From NCBI GenBank assembly GCA_965200315.1, contig OZ241362.1, positions 1,856,001-1,920,000 on the forward strand: a stretch of DNA of 64,000 nucleotides. The letters run 5' to 3'. Shown in pieces: positions 18,254 through 27,716 of the stretch (position 1 is the stretch's first letter; the number at the start of each line of letters is the position of its first letter). The notes under the pieces are model-generated. The model did not search any database and was not told where the DNA came from. It saw only the letters and a list, made by a program, of their open reading frames with translations. The stretch comes from Candidatus Latescibacterota bacterium. GTDB lineage: Bacteria > Latescibacterota > UBA2968 > UBA8231. Both the position numbers and the translations under genes were made by a program.

Positions 18254-20918
18254 CCGTCCCCTTGTCCCGGATGCCATGCGATTCGCAGTGGGCGACGCTC
18301 TCGTCGAAAAAATCCGCTGAGCGAAACCATCGCTTGCCGAGCTTACATAAGTGAGCGGCCATATCGCATTTAATGCTTTTGCCCAAGTGCAAAACAAAGA
18401 CGCCATTTGCCTTAAGCCGCTCCCTTGCCTGTTGCAAAATAGGAATATATACGTCAAAACTCTGTTTTTGTCGTTCGTCTACAAAAATAGCTGGACAGGT
18501 GGCAAAGTCGTGCACCGACCAACCGGCAAACCATAAGCGCAACCAGTTGGCGAGGTAAAAGCGGGTGCTGTCGAAGAAAGGCGGCGACGTAACCACAGCA
18601 TCTAGCTGGTCAACCTCCTGCGGCCACCAACCTGCCGCATCTTGGAAGAATATCTTGCCGGGTCGAAAGGTGGCGGGCAAATCTTCGTTTAAACTTCGCT
18701 GCACCTTTGCACACAGGCGGTCAACTAGCCCTCGGTACTCATAGGGACCGGTCGGTTTGTAGGGCGTCAGCGGATGCGAGCGGCGACTGAGAGCGTAAGG
18801 GCGATTGCCATGCAAAATGTGCAGCAATGCGGCAAATACAAAATGCTCATCAGATGTGCATGGCGGCTGGGCTTGGAAGTAGCGACGGGCCAAAATGATT
18901 TCGCGCAAGGTCTGCGCTTCGTAATAGTCGGCAATTTTGCCATTGAATCCAAGCTGCTTGACTTCGGCAATTTCCCGTTCGGTGACCACGCTACCGGCAA
19001 TAAAACGTTGTACTGTTTCTATAACTATCGCACAACCCTGTTCACTGGGGTGTTGTAGCTTCGCGCTGGCAATGGCAAATGCTGCCGGGCTAATCTCAAA
19101 ACCGTAGGCTGACTTGCCGGCTAATGCTGCTTCAAATGGGATGGTGCCAACACCTGCAAAAGGATCCAATACACGCCCTCCGGCCGGAACGAATGTCCGC
19201 ACCAAATGATGGGCAATAGCCGGTTTCAGCTTTCCCGGATATGAGCACAGAGAGTGCCAAGCATGCCCCCAGTTGCGTTTTGTAAAGGGTGCTTGCTGGT
19301 GTGGCAGGTTTTGCTTGCAGCGATCCCATTCGGTACGCCAAACTGGAGTCCCTTCTCTTGCTCTTGTATTGTAGTTCCTTAGCCGCGAATGGTAGTTAAA
19401 AACAAGCAGGGATTGTTTTAACAGCATCCCGCCTCTCGATTTGCGTCGTCTCAGCGTCACATCATCCGTTTGTACAAAGCCCAAGTCTTGCAAACACGCG
19501 GACAACAACTGATCGACGGGGACGTGGATGCCGGCGTAACACGAGTCGCCAATATCGATCGCCACTGTCGCTTCTAGGGTTAAATGCGAGCGAATCGCCT
19601 GAAAAACACCGGTCATCTCGCTAAAATAACAGGCGATCATGCGGGGAATGCGAGCGTCGTAGCCATCTCGGGCGAGCAGCGCAACAATGTTTTCCACGTC
19701 TGGGTGCGACGAAACCGGGGCTTTTGCAACGGTGACATCGTTGATTCCAGCCGTCAAAGAAGCTGCACGAAATCTCGCAAGATCCTCCTTTTCCTTTAAG
19801 CAACGCAAGAACCATAGCTCTATCTTTGTATTGCGAAAGTAATTCGTTCCGTTCACATAAGGCGGGCTAGTTATGACAGTATCGATACCGAGCGGCGGTA
19901 TTTCATCTAATGAGCGGGCATTTTCACAGATTAGTAGCGGCTCCATTTGTAGGCCGTTCACATCCTCGCGAATATCATACGCGATGTGGTCGATATTCTG
20001 GCAAATACCTTCGACGAGTGGAACTGTTTGCCGCGCAAGTTCCTCGGGTGTCTTATAACGCAAATCACCCGCTCGTTTCATCTGAGATGCAGGGACGAGT
20101 GCCGCTAAAATCGCAACCGTAATTAAATCCGCTAACATCTGATCCGCAAAGGCAACTTCATCGACCCACGATCTCGCACACAAAACTTGTTCATAAATCG
20201 GATCCGCAAAAAATAGACTATCGCCAAAGACTTGGGAGTATGCTTGCTGCAATGCGTGATTTCGCGGGAATTTTTCCAAATGCGTCAGCGAGTCCTTTGC
20301 CTGTACGAGTGCAGATGCCAAAGCTAACCGCTGCGTCGATTTCAATCGCCGGACCCGTATTTTAGTCATGCTGATAAACTGCAAGACCGGATTTACCTCA
20401 CAAAAGTAGGCTGTTTTGTCGAGTTCAGCGGCGGTGAAAAACGTGGTTCCCGTTCCAGCAAAGGGATCGAGAATCACTTGGGCATTCGGAGCGTATTTTT
20501 GCAAAATAGATGCTACAAATTGCGTCGAATATCCCTCTAAGTACGGATACCAGCGAGCAAACGGTTCTCGGCGTCCGCCCCTGAAAGTCACAGTCACAGG
20601 ATCGAATAATTTGGCGTCGGCATCCATGATGGGCAGCGAGAGTTGGACGGCGCGTTCTCGCACTAGATGTATCGATTGCTTTAACTGGCGCAAGCAATAT
20701 GTGTTTAACGGCAGGTCACTCGTTTCCGCTTTCGCCACGAGTTCTCGATAATCCCCTCCCAACAACTGACGCAATTCCGCACTGGAAAGATCTTTGACAC
20801 ATTCGTATAATTCCTGAGTCTTCTTGCCAAATGCCAAGGTCAACGACCGTTCCTTTGAGGTGGGGGCCGGGAGATTGGGAAAGTAAACGGCCTTGTATTT
20901 TTGGCTCATGGATTTCAT
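18222..20918 (-). CDS. Double-domain (fused) amino-DNA methyltransferase, probably m4C
   Basis: Two motif sets: LDPFAGTGTT...VITSPPY and LDPFAGVGT...VVTSPPF. Confidence 0.88.
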   Translation of the reverse strand: MKSMSQKYKAVYFPNLPAPTSKERSLTLAFGKKTQELYECVKDLSSAELRQLLGGDYRELVAKAETSDLPLNTYCLRQLKQSIHLVRERAVQLSLPIMDADAKLFDPVTVTFRGGRREPFARWYPYLEGYSTQFVASILQKYAPNAQVILDPFAGTGTTFFTAAELDKTAYFCEVNPVLQFISMTKIRVRRLKSTQRLALASALVQAKDSLTHLEKFPRNHALQQAYSQVFGDSLFFADPIYEQVLCARSWVDEVAFADQMLADLITVAILAALVPASQMKRAGDLRYKTPEELARQTVPLVEGICQNIDHIAYDIREDVNGLQMEPLLICENARSLDEIPPLGIDTVITSPPYVNGTNYFRNTKIELWFLRCLKEKEDLARFRAASLTAGINDVTVAKAPVSSHPDVENIVALLARDGYDARIPRMIACYFSEMTGVFQAIRSHLTLEATVAIDIGDSCYAGIHVPVDQLLSACLQDLGFVQTDDVTLRRRKSRGGMLLKQSLLVFNYHSRLRNYNTRAREGTPVWRTEWDRCKQNLPHQQAPFTKRNWGHAWHSLCSYPGKLKPAIAHHLVRTFVPAGGRVLDPFAGVGTIPFEAALAGKSAYGFEISPAAFAIASAKLQHPSEQGCAIVIETVQRFIAGSVVTEREIAEVKQLGFNGKIADYYEAQTLREIILARRYFQAQPPCTSDEHFVFAALLHILHGNRPYALSRRSHPLTPYKPTGPYEYRGLVDRLCAKVQRSLNEDLPATFRPGKIFFQDAAGWWPQEVDQLDAVVTSPPFFDSTRFYLANWLRLWFAGWSVHDFATCPAIFVDERQKQSFDVYIPILQQARERLKANGVFVLHLGKSIKCDMAAHLCKLGKRWFRSADFFDESVAHCESHGIRDKGTVTSHQYLILY

Positions 20919-20948
20919 CCTCCTTATTGTTTGAATTGTTTGAAGTAT

Positions 20949-20977
20949 AGACTATCATATTATGGTAGCTTTGTCAA
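20949..20977 (-). promoter_or_regulatory. Sigma70 promoter of the methyltransferase with a palindrome in the spacer
   Basis: Minus strand TTGACA-N17-TAGTCT with a TG extension; imperfect inverted repeat CTATCATA-T-TATGGTAG at 20952-20968. Confidence 0.6.
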
Positions 20978-21146
20978 GAAATCAACAAAGTTAGGTACAG
21001 AATCCAAGCCCCATGCCCAACAACGCTTCCCCGGCCACTGGTGCGAGTGATCAGCGTAGGGGTCGGTGCGGACTGGCCACCGGCCACCGACCACTGTTGG
21101 AACTGGATTCCCATATTCACTCATCACTCACTCAAGGAGCTAACCC

Positions 21147-22730
21147 ATGCTAATCGGCTACGTCAGCGATGAACGCTACATCGCCCTGCACGACGTGCAG
21201 TTTGAGCTTACCAGCGAAAACCTGCACGTCGCAACCCGCTCGCGGGCCACCGGCGAGGTCTTTGCCGACATCCCCCCCGGCCCCTACACCGTAACCCTGC
21301 AAAAAGATGGCTTCGGCCCCAAGCGCGGGCAGGTCAACATCCACCCCGAGCGGCCGCACCACTTCCGCTTACTCGCGCATCAGTTGCTCGGCTACGCCTG
21401 GCCCAAGTGGGTCAAAGCCGGCGAGCAATCCGAGTTCCGAGTCCACTCACTCGAAGCCTACCGCCTCGATTTGTGGCGCTACGGCTGGAAAAAAGAGCAC
21501 ATCTGCCCGCTGGGCTGGTTTGACGAGCACGGACCGCGCGCCACCATGCAGATTACCCCGGACGGCGACTACACCCAGACCGGGGTGATGTGGAACAAGT
21601 TTGGCTACACCAGCCCCTCGCACAAACAGTTCGCCACCGCGCCGGAGCGGTCTGGCCTCTACTACTTCCACGCCAAGGGCGAGTCCGGTGCGTTCTTCTC
21701 CTTTCCTTGGATCGTCGCCCCAGCCGCCCCCAGCGCGGACATCGCAGTCCTCGCCGCCAACATCAACTGGAATGCGTACAACAACTTCGGCGGGCGCTCC
21801 AACTACATTCACCCCGACTGCTTTCCGCCCACGCCGACGATCAATGCCCGCTTGGAACTCAAGCGCTACACCGACCCCGAACATCTCAACTACGACGCCG
21901 AGGACTACGCTGCCCTCTCCTTCGACCGGCCCGAACCGCTCAACCACATTCCCGCGGACGTCGAAATCACCGACCCTATCGCGGGACGCGCGGCCTGCCA
22001 TGTCGCCCCAGCCGAGTGGCGCTTCCTCGGCTGGCTAGAGCGCGAGAGCTTGGCCTACGACCTGTACGCCGAGACCCAATTGCACTTTGACCAGCTCGAC
22101 CTCGATCAGTACAAAGTCCTCATCACCACCACCCATCCCGAGTACTGGTCGCGCAAGATGTACTACGACGTCAAGGCGTGGGTGCGCGAACGCGGCGGCA
22201 AATTCATGTACTTGGGGGGCAACGGCCTCAACTGCGAGGTGGAGATGATCGACGAGCAGACCATGAAGGTCCAAAACGGCGATGTGCGTGTGCAGCGAGC
22301 CAAAGGCCACGAAAGCCGCTTTCACCAGTACAACGAGTCTGAGGCCAACCTGCTTGGCGTGGTCTTTACCCATCCGGGCATTATGACGGCCGCACCGTAC
22401 CAAGTTCTCGCCGCCGACCACTGGATTTTTGCCAACACAGGCGTCAAAAATGGCGATACCTTCGGCGAAGCCAGTCTACACGAGCGGATACCCGGCGGAG
22501 CCTCCGGCCACGAGACCGACAAAACCTCGCCCTTTTCGCCCCCCGGCACCGAAATCGTCGCGCGCGGCCTCAACCCCGACCAAGGCGGCGCGGAAATCGT
22601 CCACTACGAAACGGCCAGCGGCGGCGCGGTTTTTTCCGTCGGCTCCATCACCTATCCGGCCTCGATTCTCGTGGACGAGACCGTTTCGCGCATTACCGCA
22701 AACGTCATCGAGCGCTTTGTCGCGGCATAG
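21147..22730 (+). CDS. N,N-dimethylformamidase beta-subunit-like protein with an N-terminal carboxypeptidase-regulatory-like domain
   Basis: WNAYNNFGGRSNY, SFDRP, THPEYWS, YLGGNG, GHETD, GGAVFSVGSITY. Confidence 0.75.
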   Translation: MLIGYVSDERYIALHDVQFELTSENLHVATRSRATGEVFADIPPGPYTVTLQKDGFGPKRGQVNIHPERPHHFRLLAHQLLGYAWPKWVKAGEQSEFRVHSLEAYRLDLWRYGWKKEHICPLGWFDEHGPRATMQITPDGDYTQTGVMWNKFGYTSPSHKQFATAPERSGLYYFHAKGESGAFFSFPWIVAPAAPSADIAVLAANINWNAYNNFGGRSNYIHPDCFPPTPTINARLELKRYTDPEHLNYDAEDYAALSFDRPEPLNHIPADVEITDPIAGRAACHVAPAEWRFLGWLERESLAYDLYAETQLHFDQLDLDQYKVLITTTHPEYWSRKMYYDVKAWVRERGGKFMYLGGNGLNCEVEMIDEQTMKVQNGDVRVQRAKGHESRFHQYNESEANLLGVVFTHPGIMTAAPYQVLAADHWIFANTGVKNGDTFGEASLHERIPGGASGHETDKTSPFSPPGTEIVARGLNPDQGGAEIVHYETASGGAVFSVGSITYPASILVDETVSRITANVIERFVAA

Positions 22731-22812
22731 CCAAAGCACCCGTTTGGCCTTATTCATTCAAGTAGGGGCACCGACCGGAATTGTGCTACACAGAAACTGT
22801 GAGGCTGCGACT

Positions 22813-23142
22813 ATGAAAAACATCACCGTATCTATCGACGAACAGACCCACCGGCTCGCCCGCATCCGGGCGGCAGAGTTGGACACCTCGGTATCGGCCC
22901 TCGTGCGAGACTACCTGAGACATCTGGCGGCGGAGCCGGATGCGGAGGGCGCAGCCGCCGAGTCTAGCGAAACCATCTATCAGCGTCGGTGCAGGCTGCT
23001 GAGGGAAGTGCTCGCGGACTTCGATGGGCAGGGTATTGGGTTGCGGATGTCCGACAACCTACCCAGAGAGGCGTTGTACGACCGCGGCGCGGCAAGGGCC
23101 GAGGCTGTCGCCGAGCGCGAGCGGCAGCGCAGCATCTCCTAA
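22813..23142 (+). CDS. Ribbon-helix-helix antitoxin (VapB-like)
   Basis: MKNITVSIDEQTHRLARIRAAELDTSVSALVRDYL...LPREALYDR, directly upstream of a PIN gene. Confidence 0.8.
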   Translation: MKNITVSIDEQTHRLARIRAAELDTSVSALVRDYLRHLAAEPDAEGAAAESSETIYQRRCRLLREVLADFDGQGIGLRMSDNLPREALYDRGAARAEAVAERERQRSIS

Positions 23143-23159
23143 GCACTCAGAACCTCGCC

Positions 23160-23574
23160 ATGCGATTCGTAGATACCAATGTCCTGCTGTACGCCGTAAG
23201 CGAAGTCCCGGAGGAGGCCGACAAGCAGGCACGGGCGCGGGAAGTCCTGACAGAACCCGACCTCGCCGCGTCCGTTCAGGTGCTGCAGGAGTTCTATCAC
23301 CAAGCCACCCGGCCAACACGGAGCCGCAGTCTTTCTGGCCATAGAGCATTGCAATTCCTAGAGCCGATTCTGCTGTTACGGATTCAGACCATGACGATGG
23401 ACGTTTTTCTCGAGGCCGTGGCCATCAGCCAACGCTTTCGGCTGTCTTAATTGGGACGGCGCGATCCTTGCCGCAGCACGGGCCCTCGGCTGCGACGCGA
23501 TCTATTCTGAGGACCTCAGTTCGGAACAGGACTACGATGGCCTCCGGGTCATAAACCCGTTCGCAGATCGGTAG
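23160..23574 (+). pseudogene. PIN-domain (VapC) toxin with a +1 frameshift near 23449
   Basis: FVDTNVLLYA...QVLQEFY; removing one A from tcttaattgg restores SYWDGAILAAA...IYSEDL...VINPF. Confidence 0.85.
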
Positions 23575-23582
23575 GCTTCACA

Positions 23583-23770
23583 GTGCCCACCGACACCTCC
23601 GAACAGGGCCTCGAACGCCTCATCTGCACAGCCGGAAACACAGGGGCGCTTCAAGTAGAACTTTTCAAGCTAAAAAACAACCTCACCAACTCACCAATCA
23701 GACAGTGGCCGACGCGGTCCAGCAGTATCAACGCGACCGCAACCCGCACGAGAAACTGTTCGAGTTGGCC
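23583..23770 (+). pseudogene. Remnant of a type I restriction subunit HsdR N-terminus
   Basis: MPTDTSEQGLERLIC, then KLKNNLT and, in another frame, QTVADAVQQYQRDRNPHEKLFE. Confidence 0.7.
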
Positions 23771-23995
23771 TGCGAGCAGGCGAGTGCGCCTTGAGTGCCG
23801 GCGCGGTTTTTTCCGTCGGCTCCATCACCTATCCGGCTTCAGTTCTCGTGGACGAGACCGTCTCGCACGTTACGATGTTTTAATCGGCAACCGGCCGGTC
23901 GCCCCTACATTACAGGAATTCCAATGACGACATAGCCAAAGCACCCGTTTGGCCTTATTTTATGAGTGCTTTAGGCTGTTAGGAGACGAAATTTC

Positions 23996-24349
23996 ATGGC
24001 TACCGAGCCGAGCAAAAACCTAGTGGTTTTTGCCAATCCCCATCCGGATCGCGACTACACAATCGAGCTTTCGTGTCCGGAATTCACTTCGATATGTCCC
24101 GTAACCGGACAACCCGATTTCGGCACCATCCACATCCGCTACGTGCCCGATCAACAGTGTATTGAGCTCAAATCGCTCAAGCTCTACCTGTGGTCCTTTC
24201 GCCAAGAAGGCGCTTACTACGAAGCGGTCACCAACACCATTCTCAACGATTTGGTGGCCGCCTGCGCGCCGCGACGCATGACTGTGGTGGGAGAATTCAA
24301 TGTGCGCGGAGGCATTTCCGCCATCGTGACGGCCGAATTTGCCGCATAG
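23996..24349 (+). CDS. queF: NADPH-dependent preQ0 reductase
   Basis: [30 protein letters not shown]. Confidence 0.95.
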   Translation: MATEPSKNLVVFANPHPDRDYTIELSCPEFTSICPVTGQPDFGTIHIRYVPDQQCIELKSLKLYLWSFRQEGAYYEAVTNTILNDLVAACAPRRMTVVGEFNVRGGISAIVTAEFAA

Positions 24350-24393
24350 CCCTAAGGCCCGGGGCATATCAATTTATCGAATGGAGACTTACA

Positions 24394-25215
24394 ATGGAAG
24401 AAGTACGCCAAGACGCTGCTGAGACGACAGGAGAAGAAGGATCGGAGGAAAGTAGCGGCCGGCAGGATAGGGCTTGGTTTCCCTACATCACTAAGGTGCA
24501 GTTCGAGCGGTTTCTCTCGCGGCTAGAGACCAAAATTCCCGACCAAATCGACCGCGACTACGTGCGCCCTATTATTCGCACCCCGTCGATGATTCACCGC
24601 TTTTTGCGCGGTATTGAATCCATGCACCTGACCGACCGCGACCAAAAGCCCACGGACCTGCTGCTGCGAATCATCCCCAAGGAGACGCGCAGATTCGCGT
24701 TAGCCGACGTGGTCCGCGACCTGTATAAAGATCTGCTGCCGGAGTGGGAACAAAGCAACGGCAACATGAGTGACGACGCGATTGTCGATTACTTCCGCAG
24801 TCGCACCGGCATGGGGCGCGATTCGGCCAACAAGATGAAGATGTTTTTCAAGTACCTCGTCACCGAAGCCGACTTTGGCACTCCCCCCGATCCGCAAAAG
24901 GAAGCGGCGACGGCTGAACCCGCCCAAGACGAACGCCCGGCATCCCCCGAACCCCCACCCCAAGGGGATCGCAGCACCCGCGAACCCGCCCCCAAGGAGC
25001 GTTCCGGGCGCGACGGACGCACCAAGCGCGGCAGTGCCGAGCGACAAGAGCGACAAGAGCGGCAAGAACGCCCCCTGACCGAGACGCAGCGAGCCTATCT
25101 AGACACCCTCCAGTCCATGGTCCAAGTCAAAATTGACGGCGACTGGGATGAAGACATGATCCGCCTCGTCTTCGACCGCCTAGAGAGGCTCTTCGATCGT
25201 CTGCGGCGAGCCTGA
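24394..25215 (+). CDS. Hypothetical protein (possibly DUF5343-like N-terminus, low-complexity linker)
   Basis: GGAG RBS; FPYITKVQFERFL...; Pro/Glu/Arg-rich linker with (ERQ)n repeat. Confidence 0.6.
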   Translation: MEEVRQDAAETTGEEGSEESSGRQDRAWFPYITKVQFERFLSRLETKIPDQIDRDYVRPIIRTPSMIHRFLRGIESMHLTDRDQKPTDLLLRIIPKETRRFALADVVRDLYKDLLPEWEQSNGNMSDDAIVDYFRSRTGMGRDSANKMKMFFKYLVTEADFGTPPDPQKEAATAEPAQDERPASPEPPPQGDRSTREPAPKERSGRDGRTKRGSAERQERQERQERPLTETQRAYLDTLQSMVQVKIDGDWDEDMIRLVFDRLERLFDRLRRA

Positions 25216-25236
25216 ACCCAAACGCTAAAACATCCT

Positions 25237-26376
25237 ATGAACAACTACAGAGTTGCGATTATCGGCCTCGGCGGCATGGGCGGGCACCATGCGGAGGCAG
25301 TGCGATTAGAGGCAAACTGCGAACTAGTCGCCGGAGCGGAAATCGACTCCGAGCGGGCGGCGGCATGGGGAGAGCGCTTTGGAGTCAAAGCCCTCTACGG
25401 CGACTACGAGAAGATGCTCGATGAGCAACAACCCGACATTGTCATCGTCCCAACGCAAGCACCCATGCACCACCAGCCGACGATTGCCGCGGCCCAGCGC
25501 GGCATCCACGTCTTCTGCGAAAAACCGATTGCCCTGAACCTCATCGAAGCCGACGAGATGGTCGCAACCTGCGACCAGCACGGCGTCAAGTTTGCCATTA
25601 ACCACATCAAGCGCGCCAGCCCTTACAATCGCCATGCCCTCGCGCTGATCGACCAAGGTGCAATCGGCCAAGTGGTCTTGTTGCAGGCAACCGACAAAGG
25701 AGGTCGCAAGGCCGGCAACTCGCTGATGGAGATGGGGACCCATCTCTACGATTGGGTGCGTCTGTTCGGCGGCGATGTCGAGTGGACGCACGCGCACCTC
25801 GTGCAGATGGATGGACGCGAGTCAACCGTTGACGACATCAAACACACCCAAGAGGTACACCCGAAAGACCGCGATGCGGGGATTGTCCTCGGCGAGCGCG
25901 GACACGCCTCGTTTCGCTTTGCCAACGGCATTCATGCGGACGTGCAGTTCCTCGCTCAGCCGCAGACCAACGACAACGGCTATGGCATTGACATTATCGG
26001 CACTGAAGGACGCATCGCCGTGCGGGAGAGCGTGGGCACGACGATGTTTATCCACAAAGGACAACACAAGACGCCGGCCGAGGCGTGGGAACCCGTGCAT
26101 CTGCCAGCCGAAGACCTCGACGAGCACGGCAATCCGCGCGACAGGGCATCCACGAGATTGCTCTTGCAGCGCCTCATTCTACGCGACCTCATCGCCGCCA
26201 TTGAGGAAGACCGGGATCCGTTTGCCAGCGGCCGGGACGGTCGGGATTGTCTCGAAATGATTCAGGCGACGTGGGAATCACAACGATGCAAGGCGCGGGT
26301 GTACATGCCGCTAACGCCACGCGAACACCCGCTTGAGCGGTGGCGGAGAGAAGCGCACACCGGCGAGATCAATTAA
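25237..26376 (+). CDS. Gfo/Idh/MocA oxidoreductase
   Basis: IIGLGGMG, HVFCEKPIA, MGTHLYD. Confidence 0.9.
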   Translation: MNNYRVAIIGLGGMGGHHAEAVRLEANCELVAGAEIDSERAAAWGERFGVKALYGDYEKMLDEQQPDIVIVPTQAPMHHQPTIAAAQRGIHVFCEKPIALNLIEADEMVATCDQHGVKFAINHIKRASPYNRHALALIDQGAIGQVVLLQATDKGGRKAGNSLMEMGTHLYDWVRLFGGDVEWTHAHLVQMDGRESTVDDIKHTQEVHPKDRDAGIVLGERGHASFRFANGIHADVQFLAQPQTNDNGYGIDIIGTEGRIAVRESVGTTMFIHKGQHKTPAEAWEPVHLPAEDLDEHGNPRDRASTRLLLQRLILRDLIAAIEEDRDPFASGRDGRDCLEMIQATWESQRCKARVYMPLTPREHPLERWRREAHTGEIN

Positions 26377-26505
26377 AGCGCAGTTCCCAAACACTATCGA
26401 GATCGTCGCAAAACGCGCGGCGAATTTCTCGCTTATTGACTGATGTTACTCAGCAGCTTCAGAAGTAGTCTGCCCATTGGGAGCTGTCTCGTGCGTGGAA
26501 CCACT

Positions 26506-26628
26506 GGCTTCGACAGGCTTGGCCATCGGCGGCGTGCCTTGATCGGTTTGCAAGCATCCCCTCTCTGAGCGCGAAAGCGCACAGGCAGACTCAGCCATCA
26601 TCAGCGTGCCCTGAGCTTGTCGAAGGGC
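26506..26628. repeat. REP-like palindromic elements in a convergent intergenic region
   Basis: ggcttcgacaggct and gccctgagcttgtcgaagggc are near reverse complements; the second has gccct/agggc arms. Confidence 0.55.
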
Positions 26629-26730
26629 ACGGCTCCATGAGAGCGGACCGCGTAACATCGCTTATGTAAGTACGGGATGTGGAGCAACTTGGCGATTGAG
26701 CACCGCTACCAAACGCGCCATCGCCGCGAA

Positions 26731-27693
26731 CTATTCCCCAAAGCGGGCCATCGCCGCGAACTTGTCCAGCCGCTGGGCCACTAGTGCCTCTGGAGTGAGT
26801 CGCCTGAGCTCGGCTAAGGCATCTTGCACGTGGCGTTTGAGCATAGCGGCAGCGGCATCCCAGTCGTGGTGGGCACCGCCCAATGGTTCGGGCACGATGT
26901 GGTCAATAATCCCCTGCTGCTTCAGGTCTTTAGCCGTGAGCTTGAGGGCCTCGGCGGCTTCCTCTCTGCGCTCGCGCACCTTGAACAAGATCGTCGAGCA
27001 GCTCTCCGGCACAATCACCGAATAACAGGCGTACTCCAGCATCAGGATCCGGTCGCCGACCGTGATGCCAATGGCACCGCCGCTAAAGGCTTGGCCGATG
27101 ATGGCCACGACGATAGGCACCGGCAGATGCGACATTTCGTAGAGGTTGCGGGCGATGGCCTCGGCTTGGCCCCGCTCCTCAGCCTCGATCCCGGGATAGG
27201 CACCCGAGGTATCGACCAAGGTCAAAATCGGCAATTTGAACTTGGCCGCCATCTGCATCAGGCGGCGAGCCTTGCGATACCCTTCTGGATGCGGCATGCC
27301 GAAGTTGCGCTTTTGCCGCTCTTCGAGGTTGCGTCCACTCTGAATGCCGATGACCATGACTGATTCGTCGTTCAGCCGCGCTGGCCCGCCGATGACGGAG
27401 GGGTCGTCGGCAAAAAGGCGATCGCCGTGTAACTCGGTAAAATCTGCGAGCATCCGCTCGACGTAATCGAGCGCGTACGGGCGGTTCGGGTGCCGCGCGA
27501 TCTGCACCCGCTGCCAAGGGCTGAGATTGGCGTAGATTTCTCTGCGCTTCTTCGCGGCCTGCGCTTCGAGTTTGCGCACGCCCTCATCCAAATTCAAGCC
27601 ATTGGTCTCGGCTTGTTTTTTTAGCTCGTCGATTTGCTTTTGTAGCTCGACGAGCTCGCGTTCAAAATCGAGGTAAAATCCACTGTCATTCAC
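26731..27693 (-). CDS. accA: Acetyl-CoA carboxylase carboxyltransferase alpha subunit
   Basis: WQRVQIARHPNRP, LHGDR, NFGMPHPEGYRKA, GAYPGIEAEERGQ, IVPEPLGGAH. Confidence 0.96.
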   Translation of the reverse strand: MNDSGFYLDFERELVELQKQIDELKKQAETNGLNLDEGVRKLEAQAAKKRREIYANLSPWQRVQIARHPNRPYALDYVERMLADFTELHGDRLFADDPSVIGGPARLNDESVMVIGIQSGRNLEERQKRNFGMPHPEGYRKARRLMQMAAKFKLPILTLVDTSGAYPGIEAEERGQAEAIARNLYEMSHLPVPIVVAIIGQAFSGGAIGITVGDRILMLEYACYSVIVPESCSTILFKVRERREEAAEALKLTAKDLKQQGIIDHIVPEPLGGAHHDWDAAAAMLKRHVQDALAELRRLTPEALVAQRLDKFAAMARFGE

Positions 27694-27716
27694 CGGACAA
27701 AACCTCCTATGTTAAA

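Larger units (their letters stand above)
22622..23959. repeat. Direct repeat of the DMF-amidase-like gene 3' end (22622-22696 vs 23799-23873; 22726-22754 vs 23931-23959) bracketing a small insert
   Basis: About 75-bp diverged copy plus a 29-bp identical copy catagccaaagcacccgtttggccttatt. Confidence 0.9.

Noticed and set aside
16544-24349. queC next to a nuclease and MTase as a Dpd or QatABCD-type system
   Set aside because: QueC and QueF look canonical; no dpdA/TGT-like, TatD or Qat ATPase gene is present.
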